This document shows, in pieces, positions 14,143 to 24,751 of a stretch of 64,000 bases of DNA. Location: positions 264,463-328,462 of the forward strand of contig VRVR01000001.1 of assembly GCA_009859145.1 (NCBI GenBank), read 5' to 3'. A model generated the notes under the pieces. The model searched no databases. It was not told where the DNA came from and saw only the letters and a list, made by a program, of their open reading frames with translations. A program made the position numbers and the translations under genes. Positions within the stretch are counted from its first letter, which is position 1. Each line of letters opens with the position of its first letter. Source of the DNA: Andalucia godoyi And28 (taxonomy: Eukaryota; Protista; Jakobida).

Positions 14143-16692
14143 ATGGTGTACGCATTAGATGTTATTCTTTCGATTTCGCCGCTCGTTTTGCTGGTGCTGC
14201 TGATGACTGCACCGAGGATTGCGTGTGGAGCGTCGAAAGCGCTTCCGATCACTGCAATATACTTGTATTTCTTGCGGCTTGTGTATTTTTCTGCCGGAGC
14301 GAACTTGACGAATGCAACAGTGGTTCTTGGACTGCTGGAGGGAATAATGCCGACGACCGTTGTCTTTTCTGCAATTTTGCTGTTCAAGGTTATGACCGAG
14401 TCTGGATCGCTGAATGTTATCCAGAATTGGCTGTTGTCGATCACCAATGATCCGGTTGCACAGCTGCAGCTTATTGGGTTTGCATTTTTGTTTTTGCTTG
14501 AAGGAACGGTTTCCAGCGGCACTCCAGGAGTCCTGGCTTCTGGGTTGCTTATTTCGCTGGGCTTTGAAAAACTCCCAGTCGCTGTGTTTTGTCTCATTCA
14601 TAACACAATGTGTGTTTGCTTTGGTGCGGTTGGTGTTCCCATTTGGTTTGGGCTTGGAACCTCGCTTCATTTAACCGACGATCAGTTATTGACTATTGGA
14701 ATTCGCTCTGCATTCATGCACAACGTTGCATATCTTGTCATCCCGATTGTGGCGCTGTTGTATGTTGTGCCATGGAGCGTCATTCGACAGCGGTTGTTGT
14801 TGATTTACGCTTCCACACTTTCTACCGGTCTGGTGATGTTTGGCTGTGCATTTTACAGCTACGAGTTTCCTTCCATGATTGCAGGTGCTGCAGGCGTTGC
14901 TGTGACTGCGACCATTGCCCACAAATACTACCCGAATTCACAGGGCGCTGATGGTGGTCATCATCCTCACCATCAACTTCACGACGAGGAGAGTGCTCCA
15001 TCAAGTATGCAAATCGCCTCCGTTCATGATCATCGATACAGCCACAAAGACGAAGATGGTGGCCAACTCCAAGAGAAAGGAGCAGCAAAGCAACAGACTG
15101 CGGCCGTCAGTCGCTTCAGCGCCAAGGACGAAGTTGCGTTGACAATCGAGGATGCAACTGTGGTTCCGGATCCGGGAACGATCTCTCCGTCCAGCAGCAT
15201 GCCTCGGGTTTCTTCTGCTTCGTCGACCACGTCCCGTTCTTCACTTGCGCAACCGCGGATGACTCGCAGCACCTCTGGGCAGCATTTAGGCGCACATTTG
15301 AAATCAAAGAAGGAGAAGGATGACTGGGTGCCGAAAGAACCAGACTCGGCCCACGTATCGACTGCCATGTTTCCTTCAGAACATTTTCACGACGTGACAA
15401 TCCAGGCACACAAATCGCACGGGAAGTTGTCCGATGATGACTTGGAGGAACTCCGGAGAACAAACGAGACCTCGACACAGACTGCGCACGTCAATTTCAG
15501 AATTCAGGACTCCTCTTTGCATTCTCGATCTTCATCGTTCGACAACGCCGACCGCAATTCGATCTCCCCTTCCGTCTCTACCATCTCCGCGCTGTCCTCA
15601 GCTTCATCTGAGCACTTTTCCTCGGCAGAGGAGTTCAAGGTCTACAAGAAAACCATGAAGGGAATGAATAAGGATCCAAAGATGCGTGCTGCTGCGGATT
15701 CGTATGCGCTTGCAACCGCACTGTTTCCGTGCACGAGGCTTCAGCACCACAGTGCGCAATCCAGACGGACACGAGATGCGCGTATATCGCAGCACGCATC
15801 GCTCAACTCGGCCATTCATGCAGATTTTCAGCCGCATCATGCATCTGGGTTGGTACGGCAAAGAAAGATCAAGCAGAGTGTCCGGACGGCACCTGATGTG
15901 CTGACGCATTCTTCGTTGTCCATTAAGGAGTTGGCAAAAGCGTTTTTCCCGCTGTATGGAACATTCTTCTTGCTCCTCTTGACAAGAATATCGCAAATTG
16001 GGATTAAGGACGGTATCACTGCAACGAGTCCAGCATTGGAGGTTCCTCTTGGTTCTCTGGCAACCGTCTCCATCACCCCGGGCCTGAATCTGATGATCAG
16101 CGGTATTTTCCAAACCAACCTGAGCTGGTCCTATCAGATTCTGTATATCCCTGCGCTCATTCCGTTCCTCGTCATTTGTGCGATGACGGCTTGGATCTAT
16201 TCGATGAAACTCAAGACTTGTGTAGCTCTCATTAGAGAGACTGCGCATCGTGTCCGAAATACAGCAATCGCATTGATGGGTGCACTGGTGTTTGTGAAGC
16301 TGTTTATTTCGGGTGGCGACTCATCATGCTCCCGCACAGTAGGCTTCTTCTTGTCCGACCTTCTTGGACAAGGATGGATCTGGTTTGCTGGCTCTCTGGG
16401 TTGTTTTGGAGCCTTTTTCTCCGGTTCGAACAACGTCTCCAATCTAACATTTGGGGATGTGCAAGTTGCTGCCGCGAACAACGTGGGTCAAGATGTGCTC
16501 ACCGTACTGGCTGCACAGACCACCGGTGGTGCTCTTGGTAACATGGTTTCGTACATGAACGCCCTTCCGCTGGCCACCTTCATGGGCCTTGAGAATGCCG
16601 AAAAGGTGCTCTTGAAGAAAACACTCGGCCCGTGTCTTCTGTATCTAGTCCTCACGGCCATCACAGCCTACGGAATGGTGACAATTATGTGA
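14143..16692 (+). CDS. L-lactate permease (LctP family) with a large central hydrophilic insertion
   Basis: LctP-like motifs FLLEGTVSSGTP, LIHNTMCVCFGAVGVPIW, FFSGSNNVSNLTFGDVQ and QTTGGALGNM. Multiple TM helices. Start taken at ATG 14143. Confidence 0.85.
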   Translation: MVYALDVILSISPLVLLVLLMTAPRIACGASKALPITAIYLYFLRLVYFSAGANLTNATVVLGLLEGIMPTTVVFSAILLFKVMTESGSLNVIQNWLLSITNDPVAQLQLIGFAFLFLLEGTVSSGTPGVLASGLLISLGFEKLPVAVFCLIHNTMCVCFGAVGVPIWFGLGTSLHLTDDQLLTIGIRSAFMHNVAYLVIPIVALLYVVPWSVIRQRLLLIYASTLSTGLVMFGCAFYSYEFPSMIAGAAGVAVTATIAHKYYPNSQGADGGHHPHHQLHDEESAPSSMQIASVHDHRYSHKDEDGGQLQEKGAAKQQTAAVSRFSAKDEVALTIEDATVVPDPGTISPSSSMPRVSSASSTTSRSSLAQPRMTRSTSGQHLGAHLKSKKEKDDWVPKEPDSAHVSTAMFPSEHFHDVTIQAHKSHGKLSDDDLEELRRTNETSTQTAHVNFRIQDSSLHSRSSSFDNADRNSISPSVSTISALSSASSEHFSSAEEFKVYKKTMKGMNKDPKMRAAADSYALATALFPCTRLQHHSAQSRRTRDARISQHASLNSAIHADFQPHHASGLVRQRKIKQSVRTAPDVLTHSSLSIKELAKAFFPLYGTFFLLLLTRISQIGIKDGITATSPALEVPLGSLATVSITPGLNLMISGIFQTNLSWSYQILYIPALIPFLVICAMTAWIYSMKLKTCVALIRETAHRVRNTAIALMGALVFVKLFISGGDSSCSRTVGFFLSDLLGQGWIWFAGSLGCFGAFFSGSNNVSNLTFGDVQVAAANNVGQDVLTVLAAQTTGGALGNMVSYMNALPLATFMGLENAEKVLLKKTLGPCLLYLVLTAITAYGMVTIM

Positions 16693-16917
16693 TTTTTCCT
16701 CGGGAAACAGCAAGGACGAAAGAAAGAATTCCATATTTCTTTCTGAACCAGGATCGAGGTTCGCAATGGCTGCAGCGCATGACAAATCAAGCATGTTTCT
16801 TCCTCCCGTTCTTCTTCTACCTTTCCCCAAGACAATTTATTTTGCTGTATAAAAAACAATGATTAACCAAATTGAACATTCTTTCCAACATAACGTAAAA
16901 CATCGCAACCTTCCTCG

Positions 16918-17688
16918 CTATGCAATGGGAAGTTTGCAAGTTGGACATCTTCCTTGCTGAGTGAACCACTGGTCTACGCAGTCTTTGTGAAACTGATGCA
17001 TACAAGGCAGCGATCTGACAAGATCCCCTTCCTTGAAATGCTCCAGGCAGATGACGCATTCTCGCTCGGCCATTGACGGAGCCTGTTGCGCAGAGATGGT
17101 AAACTCCGGCAGACGGTTTACTTGGGATTGCTGGGCAGGAGGAAACGAAGAAGCAAATCTTCCACCGTTATCCCTGTCGAGCTCCAGCAGCGACTCGTAA
17201 TCCTCGGCAGTAAAATTTCTGTTGAGAAACGCAAGGCGCAGAGAGCGAGGATCCACTCTGACCGTTTCAATTCTTCCGTTTCTGCTAATTGTCACAAGAC
17301 CGCTCATCGCTCGAGCAGCAGCAGCGGCATTCGCATTAGCATGATTTCCTGTCTCTTCGTCTTCATCCGAATAGAGACTTGCGTATTCCGACGGATGGCT
17401 GGAAGAAAGGAGCGACTGGTGCTTGACCACAATGTATACAAGCAGCAAAATTGCAAGGAACGTCACGCCAAGAATAATCCACATTGCATCCATGTCCGAC
17501 AGCGAAGATCCGAAAAAGAACGAAAATAAAATGGCGCCCAGTACAATGTATCGCACTGCATTGATCGCAAACCTTAATCTAGCAACTTGAGACTCGAATC
17601 GATATAAATCCTGTACAGATACATGGTCCGCGGCATTTGCAGACTCTGCCGTCGCGTCACTGCCACCGTCTCCTCTTTGATCGTGCAT
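16918..17688 (-). CDS. Membrane-anchored RING-H2 E3 ubiquitin ligase
   Basis: C-terminal CVICLEHF...LPCMHQFHKDCVDQW...CPTC, the LxxRDFxxEDYExLLELD-like motif and two N-terminal TM helices. Confidence 0.88.
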   Translation of the reverse strand: MHDQRGDGGSDATAESANAADHVSVQDLYRFESQVARLRFAINAVRYIVLGAILFSFFFGSSLSDMDAMWIILGVTFLAILLLVYIVVKHQSLLSSSHPSEYASLYSDEDEETGNHANANAAAAARAMSGLVTISRNGRIETVRVDPRSLRLAFLNRNFTAEDYESLLELDRDNGGRFASSFPPAQQSQVNRLPEFTISAQQAPSMAERECVICLEHFKEGDLVRSLPCMHQFHKDCVDQWFTQQGRCPTCKLPIA

Positions 17689-18157
17689 ATCTGTTTTTTC
17701 ACGTTTTGTATTCTTTCCTGCTGTTGTTTTTCTTGTATAAGGGGCTTCTGCAGCAGCAATCACGTAGTACCGGATTGACCGGGGAAAGAATAGCGATGAA
17801 CAATAAGCAAAACCGAAACAAAAGAAAAGAAAAGAAGAAGACGGAGATGAAAAAAGAAGAAGATGGAAAACAAACGAAGCCCTGTGGTGTGGGGGGTGGG
17901 AAAGTCTATTTAAATAAGAAACGATAAAGACGAAAACAGAAAATAGAAAACAGAAGAAAAATACACGAACGGGAATGAATCACCACCAAACACACACATT
18001 CACCAATGATCCGGGTATTTTTGTTCGAACGCAGTTGGATCGTTCCGGACTTCCACTGAATTAGAGAAGAAGAAGAAAAAATCCCCGTCTGGTCGAAGAT
18101 CGTCGACATCGAAAGTGATTAAAAGATCATGGTTTTTTTGATTAGGGATGCTTTTCG

Positions 18158-18606
18158 CTCGCCAAAACATGAACCACTTATTGATCATCGGGCTAAGCTG
18201 TCGCAGAAGACAGATCCAAGCCACATGTTTTTAATTTAATTTGGGGCGAACACCAACTCTTCAATGCAGATTGCTCTGCATCAAAGGGTCATCGCTTCCT
18301 CTTCTTGCTCTCGGCGGGAATCAATGGGTTCCTTGGTTCTCGGTGTCTTCGAGCATGACCAGTTTGAGTCTGTTGGGAAGAACCCCTCTCTGGAGCCACG
18401 AGATGTTTTTTTTTTGTCTTTGATGAAAGGTGGTGCTTGAGGAAACACAAACAGAAGATAATTGAAAGAATAAAAATGCGAAGCATGAAGAGATATACTG
18501 GACTTGACTACGGTGGGAAAATCGCGTCCCCATAGGGTTTGACAAACAAACTTCCGGTATGATCTTGTTTGGTGTGGATACTCAAAACGGTCAATCGATC
18601 CTGATG
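18158..18606 (-). repeat. Dispersed repeat family, copy 3 (inverted relative to copies 1 and 2)
   Basis: Reverse complement aligns with 3798-4278, including the 89-nt identical core. Confidence 0.9.
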
Positions 18607-18792
18607 CACGCGCAGTCGCACCGTCGCATAATCGCATCGTCCCACAGACAAGAAGAAACGACATACAAAAAGGAACACAATCGCAAAATCGTAACCCTGG
18701 TTTTTTGTGTTTTTTTGGTTCTTCCTTTCTATTTGAATCGATCGTTCATTCATTCATTCATTTGGTCAATCATCTAAAGGAAAACTCTCTCA

Positions 18793-20209
18793 ATGTTGAA
18801 TTATGCACGGTTTCTGACGCCGGTTGCGAAAGCTCGCGAGCCTTCTCCAATCCGAGCCCTGCAACCATTGATGGCCATTCCCGGTATGCTTCATTCATTT
18901 TTTTGTATTATATATTTTGCTTTTTGCTTTTTCTCCATGATCTTTCTTCGTTTTTCTGACGCTTTTGTGATGATCGTGATGATGATGATGATGATGATGC
19001 GTAGGAATGATTTCTCTTGGAGGTGGACTTCCGAACCCGACGACATTCCCATTTGCATCGATTGATGTGACCCTTGACTCGGGAGACAAGGTGCACTTGC
19101 AAGGTCCGGAGCTCGCTGCTTCGTTGCAGTATACGCTGACAGCTGGGTTTCCGCAGATGACAGACTGGATCAACTCGTACATTTCAAGGTTCCACAGACC
19201 GCAGTACCGTGATTGGACAACGTGTGTGACAACTGGCTCGCAGGATGCACTCACGAAGGCCTTTGACATGCTGCTTACGGACAAGGACTGCATGATTGTG
19301 GACAACCCCACGTATCCGGGAGCTCTGTCGTCGCTGAAGCCGATTGGATGCAGGCTCGTTGGAATTGAAACGGACGACTTTGGAATGATTCCAGAAGAAT
19401 TGGAGAAGAATCTGCAGTTGCTCCGTAACGAAAACGTGCTGCCAAAAGCAATCTACACGACTCCCATAGGCCAGAATCCTGCCGGAACAACTCTTCCCTT
19501 GGCGCGCAAGCAAAAGATTTACGAGATCTGCTCAAGGTACGACATTTTGATCTTGGAAGACGATCCGTACTACTTTTTGGTGTTGGAGGAACAAGACAAG
19601 GACCCGTTGTTCCCGTTCGCGTCCAACACGCAGTTGTGCTCTCCACCAGCTTCCTTTATGTCCATGGATGTCGACGGCCGAGTGCTGCGTTTTGATTCGC
19701 TGTCAAAGGTGCTGAGCTCCGGCATCCGCATTGGGTGGGTCTCTGGACCGAAACCGCTGGTCGAACGTATCAATTTGCACATGCAGGCAAACGAGCTGCA
19801 CACGTGTTCCCTCAGCCAGTGTATCACTGCTGCACTCTTGCGTCAATGGGGGGATGATGGTCTTTCCAACCACATTGCAAGGATCCAAGGGTTGTACAGG
19901 AGCCGCCGCGATGCATTTTTCAAGTCGCTTGACACCCATCTCTCCGGCCTTGTGCATTGTGCAAAGCCGGTTGCAGGTATGTTTGCTTGGATGCGACTGA
20001 ACGGCATCGAAGATTCCAGCTCATTGATCCAGAATGAGGCTCGTGAGCGCAAGGTTTTGGCAGTGCCTGGTTCGGCGTTTCTTCCGGATCCGTCTCGGAA
20101 GAGCTCGTGGGTTCGGGCGTCGTTTTCAATTGCCAGCGATGGAGATATGGACGAGGCACTTCGTCGCCTTGCCGAATGCGTGAAGCTTGCGCAGAACGTA
20201 CAGCAATAA
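18793..20209 (+). CDS. AADAT: Class I PLP aminotransferase, kynurenine/2-aminoadipate aminotransferase type; join(18793..18883,19005..20209)
   Basis: REPSPIRAL, GMISLGGGLPNP (formed by splicing a 121-nt GTATGC..TAG intron), ILEDDPYYFL and the PLP-lysine motif SLSKVLSSGIRIGW. Confidence 0.92.
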
Positions 20210-20445
20210 TCCGGTCGTCGGTTTTCCTCTTCCTTTTCATGTTTGCTTTCTTTATGTTCCCGTTCTACTTGGAGATTCTCTGAGCATGCGCATGTGTGTA
20301 TGTGTGTTCTCGTTGATGACGACGGCTGCATAGTTGTGTGTCGTAGTAATAATAATAATTATTATTAAACGAAATAAAATACCGAAAATGCAGGCGGTGA
20401 ATGTGAGAAGAAGAGCTAAATGAAAGGAGGGAAATATCGCATTCT

Positions 20446-22483
20446 TCACTTTTGAGACAGGAATTCTTTGAACCGATTCGCCTTTTCTACTCGTCTAACG
20501 TACATTTCATACTCGGTGTCCACTTCTGGGAGACACACCTTTGCAGCGAACTCGGCATCTTGCAGTCGTTGCTCCATGCCTTTCAGCATGTTTCGCCGGA
20601 GGAACACGAACTGTTCTGAATGGAACCCGATGTACTTTTCAAGTTGTTTGTCCGACGCTGGCCTGGCCTTCAAGCCGTGCAACGACGTCTCCCTCCAGTA
20701 TCGCCGCAGGCCTTCACGATAGCCCGTCTCCCATTCCTCGAATTTTTTGGATTCCAGTCGTTCCTCGACGTGCTTTTTCTTGAGCTTCTCTTTCTTGGGG
20801 GTTGGGGCAATCATACCTCGGCATGAAGCGGCACCGCAGTAACACTTCTGGTGCTTCGTACCAACCTTTTGGAAGTCATAATCGATCGTGATCTCCTCGC
20901 CTTTGGATATATCACACAGCGCAAAGAAGCCGACGCGAAGCTCCGCACCAACATGCCACTTCTGTGCCACGGCATTTGGAGCGCAAGAATGGTTCAAGAA
21001 CCGCGTTTTCGATCCTCGAGCAGTAGCATCAATCATCTCGCTCCCTGACAAATTCAGGAAATACGAGTGCCGAAGCATCGCGTACTGCTTCTTCATCCTG
21101 TCCTTCATCATACTCTCGGAAATAACCTCGCCTGTATACTCTCCGATGAAGCCATCCTTTGGGATGTCCTCTGCAGCAAACAACCCCTTGCCTTTCGCAC
21201 CGGCATCGCGAATCTTTGTCTTGGCCCACTGCCTCCTCTGGAACCTCTGATTCTGACAGCGTTCCTTGCACGGACAATGTTTTGCCAAGCACTCTACATG
21301 GGCTGCGCGATTTACGCAGTTCACACCACAATCAAACGAGCAGTCTTGTTCTCCACCGCCTCCAGATTTCTTTTCTTTGAACACCACTCGGGTCGAACTC
21401 ATTTGCTGCATCTCGATTATGGGCCTCTTTCGGTTTCGATTCCTCACCGGAGCCTGCTGTTGATCTGGAGACTTGCGACACTGGCAAACGCTGATTTCTT
21501 CATTGTTGATGCTGATCTTCTTGCGGTGTACATACATTACTGCAGACAAACAACAACAAAAGGCGTAAGAACAACAGGCTCGCAAAATCAAAAAAATAAA
21601 AATAAAAAATACGGAAGAGTCGACGATACAGATATAAAACGAAACATACGGAAGCCAGAAGACTTGTAATTGAATTCACCAGTGGACGACGCTTCATGCT
21701 CATTCTCTTCGACATCCTCGTCCTGTTCCTCAGTACCACTACTACGACCATCATCATCGTCAAAATCCGAACCAGATTCGGTGGGAGCTGGGGCAGCAAT
21801 CTGCTTCTTTTTGCTGCTCTTCTTCTGCGCTGGCTTCATCAACATGAAGTCATTGTTCGTGCTGTCTGCAGAAGCCTTGCTCTTGCCGACGCTGTTTCTT
21901 TTGGGGTCCTTCGTATTATTCTTCATGTTTCTGCTGCTGCCACTTCCGTTGCTGCTCGCGATGGCCACTTTCTTGCAGGATTCGATGTCTACTTTTCTGG
22001 GACGTCCTCTCTTTCTCTTTGCTGGAGGAGCATGCACCGCCACTTCGGATTCGGAATCGGTGCTCGATCGTCCCTTCTTCCTCGATAGACGTGCTTCTGC
22101 CTTGGACGCAGACACGCAAGGAGGTGAAGGAATCTTCAATTTCAAAGGAACGTCCACGCAAGCATCGGTAATCGGTGAAATAATCGTCCATCCAAACGGA
22201 ATCTTAAACGAACAAGGGATGGAGAGCATCGTTTTCCCCTCGTGTAGAATCTCCAATTGCTCCTTGAAAGAATGATTTCCACGACTGGAAGACACGCGTT
22301 GGACTGCATACAGACCCCGCGTCATTGCTTCGCGATGATCTCGTTCTCGAGCACTACTCAGCAATAATCACAAAACAAAATCTGTATAAGAAAATCGATT
22401 TTCGCAGTTCTGCGACCCCATCAGCAACAGCAAGCAGCTGAAACATACCGGATGCACTGCTCGATGCGTGCGTTTTCCTCCAT
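20446..22483 (-). CDS. SET-domain histone lysine methyltransferase (AWS-SET-postSET, Set2/ASH1-like) with an AT-hook; complement(join(20446..21539,21680..22353,22449..22483))
   Basis: KGKGLFA, GEYTGEVI, RFLNHSCAPN, EEITIDY and CYCGAASCRG motifs, plus the AT-hook KRGRPRK. The 140-nt intron 21540-21679 is well supported. The 95-nt intron and first exon are inferred; alternative start ATG 22325. Confidence 0.88.
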
Positions 22484-22940
22484 GCGACCCGAAGAAAGGG
22501 AGGAGGGAGAAGGGGAATGAAATGTTCGGTGCTGGCTCGATGCTTTCCCACGATCCTTTATCTTTTGAGTGGAAACATACAATGTTTTTGATATTGCAAA
22601 ATAGAATAATGATAAATGAACAACCAAAACAAATGCTTTCATTGACGCGCGACGTCGGACCAAAATTCGTGCGAGCTTGACAAGCTGCAGAAGACATTTC
22701 TCCCATGCATCTCCGCGAGCGTTGTATACGAACGCTCGATTTTTTCCTCCTGCATTCCCAGAATAATAATACGACGTCGCTGGATCCCATGGTGTTCGGG
22801 GTCTTTACGAATCTTCCAGTATGCATCTATGATCTACATGTGTGGATATACATTTTTTTCCTATGTGACGGCGGCTTTCTTTTCTTTCTTTTTTTCGGGG
22901 GTGGAGGGGGTGGACGGAAGACAGGAAAAACAGAGACACG

Positions 22941-23786
22941 TCAGACATGATCTTCAAAAATGCCTGTGGTCTTTCGTGGCTTCTTCGCATTCGGGTTGAC
23001 AGCGTTATTGGAAGACCGTTTAAGCGGGACTGCCAGCTGGGTGCGATGAGCATTGAAATCGTACCCCGAACCGAACCCCGAGCCTGTGCCTGTGCCGAAA
23101 CCTGAGGTCGAGGATAGCCCTGTTTCCGGCTGATTATATTGCGGACGTTGTTGGAGAAGTTCAGCATTCGAGCTGAGAGACTTTGAGCCTTTGGGGGATC
23201 CAAGCGAGCTTGAAAACGATGCTGTCGTGCCGCTTGAAACCGATCCAGAACCAGGAAACGATCCGGAAGCTCCAACAGGGCTGAATCCTTGGAGCTGCGC
23301 AATCTGAAAAGTCTGGAACAGCGAGAGCGTGATATCTCTCATGACTCGAAACGTGAGAGGATCCTCCGGTTTCCGAAGAGCACACTTCAATTCAAGCTGC
23401 TGCTTCCGTGGCCAACTTTTGCCTATCGTTACATTCATAACTTGAAATGGCTCAGAGAAGAGAGTCGATCGCTCCAATGTGGTTTCGGATGCTGTTTGCA
23501 GTCCCTTCTGCACCGATTCTGCAAAGTTCGGAAACGCATTCCACGGCTGCACTTCAACGGAGCCTACAAACAGCTCGTTATCGACCTTTGATAAAATCCT
23601 GAGCACCAAGTGAAACGGATTCGAAACGGATGACTGCGAAAAGAACTGTTGAATCTGTGCAGGACTGGGAGAATCTGCTGTAGTGAGCGACGCTGCAGAC
23701 ACTCGAGACGCAGGTTGGACGATGGTCGACACGACATAGTCCCCTATGGAAAGAAACAGCCCATGAAGGATTGCAAATGCGTTCAT
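22941..23786 (-). CDS. Putative XRCC4-superfamily (PAXX-like) NHEJ factor
   Basis: 281-aa ORF with a beta-rich N-terminal half, then a helix, a disordered linker, and a C-terminal NAVNPNAKKPRKTTGIFED resembling the PAXX Ku-binding motif (SLINPGFKSKKPAGGVDF). Resemblance judged by eye only. Confidence 0.5.
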   Translation of the reverse strand: MNAFAILHGLFLSIGDYVVSTIVQPASRVSAASLTTADSPSPAQIQQFFSQSSVSNPFHLVLRILSKVDNELFVGSVEVQPWNAFPNFAESVQKGLQTASETTLERSTLFSEPFQVMNVTIGKSWPRKQQLELKCALRKPEDPLTFRVMRDITLSLFQTFQIAQLQGFSPVGASGSFPGSGSVSSGTTASFSSSLGSPKGSKSLSSNAELLQQRPQYNQPETGLSSTSGFGTGTGSGFGSGYDFNAHRTQLAVPLKRSSNNAVNPNAKKPRKTTGIFEDHV

Positions 23787-23959
23787 TTCATATTCATGGT
23801 CTTTTCACATCTGCCAACGAAGGTGGTGGAAGAAGAAGAAGAAAACAACCTCTGAACATGGAAAGGAAGTTCTGTGTAAATAAATAAATAACTGTATCCA
23901 ATAACGAAACAAAAACCAAAAGCAAAAAAACTAACGGATCGCCCAATCACCCGCTCTAC

Positions 23960-24092
23960 AGTGGATAAACAACCATTTCGCCTACAGTGTACACGAACCC
24001 ACGGAGGATCATCGCTGATCACCCATAATCAATGTTGCAACCCAACAACATGCATAGCATGATTGGGAAGGTGGTAGGCCCCCAACACGCCC
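23960..24092 (-). ncRNA. Candidate Fanzor omegaRNA A (scaffold plus about 20-nt guide)
   Basis: GCCTAC (24074-24079) is complementary to GTAGGC (23980-23985). Also ATGTTG/CAACAT arms and a GATCA-GCGA-TGATC GNRA hairpin (24007-24020). Boundaries inferred. Confidence 0.6.
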
Positions 24093-24404
24093 CTCGGCAT
24101 ACGAGACGTTCTCAAGATAGATGTTGCGCGCGCCGTTCCAATCGCGGTCGACCGTGCATTTGCACGACGGGCAACAAAACACCTTGGCGATCGTCGAAGA
24201 CAGTTTGTCGGCAGCTGCTCTGCGGAGTGCATCGTCATGCACGTCGCGGCAACGAAGCAGGTGGTGATGGCTCGTTCGACGTCGGCGAGGCAGTACATGC
24301 GATGGGAGCCGGCGTGGATGCTGCGGATCGTTCCTGGCGGCGGTGGAGATGTCACAGGTCTTGCGCAGCGTTGCGGGCGTGACGTACATGGTGCGTTACA
24401 TGGG
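23979..24404 (-). mobile_element. Fanzor/TnpB-derived remnant ('ghost' locus A): C-terminal Zn ribbon and RuvC-III codons plus an omegaRNA-like 3' end
   Basis: Minus frame reads AKVFCCPSCKCTVDRDWNGARNIYLE (about 24112-24189). It is followed by GCGTGTTGGGGGCCTACCACCTTCCC and a terminal TGTAGGCG, both shared with locus B. RuvC-I and RuvC-II are absent. Confidence 0.82.
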
Positions 24405-24751
24405 CAATAACAATAAAATAAGAAATGAGCGTCGCTGTGCGAGAATGCAACGCGATGGCGTGTGTATAGGGATTTCCTGATCAAAGTGGGGGCGAAACGA
24501 ATCGGGCATCGTGTGACGGAGTTGCTAAGATAGCAAAACGCATGCGCATGCGCATGGCGCGTGGCAGTGTTTTTGTTTTACGTGCGCTTTGGATTGCTTC
24601 ATCATATCGCAATAGGTGGCAGTGGCAATCTGCAATGTAAGTTTTTTTAAATTAACACTTAGCGCAAGGATTTTGATGATTTCCTGCTCATTTTCTTGTT
24701 TGCATCAAAATTGTCACTTCCATCATCCTGCCCGCTATTCAGTAAGGGAAG

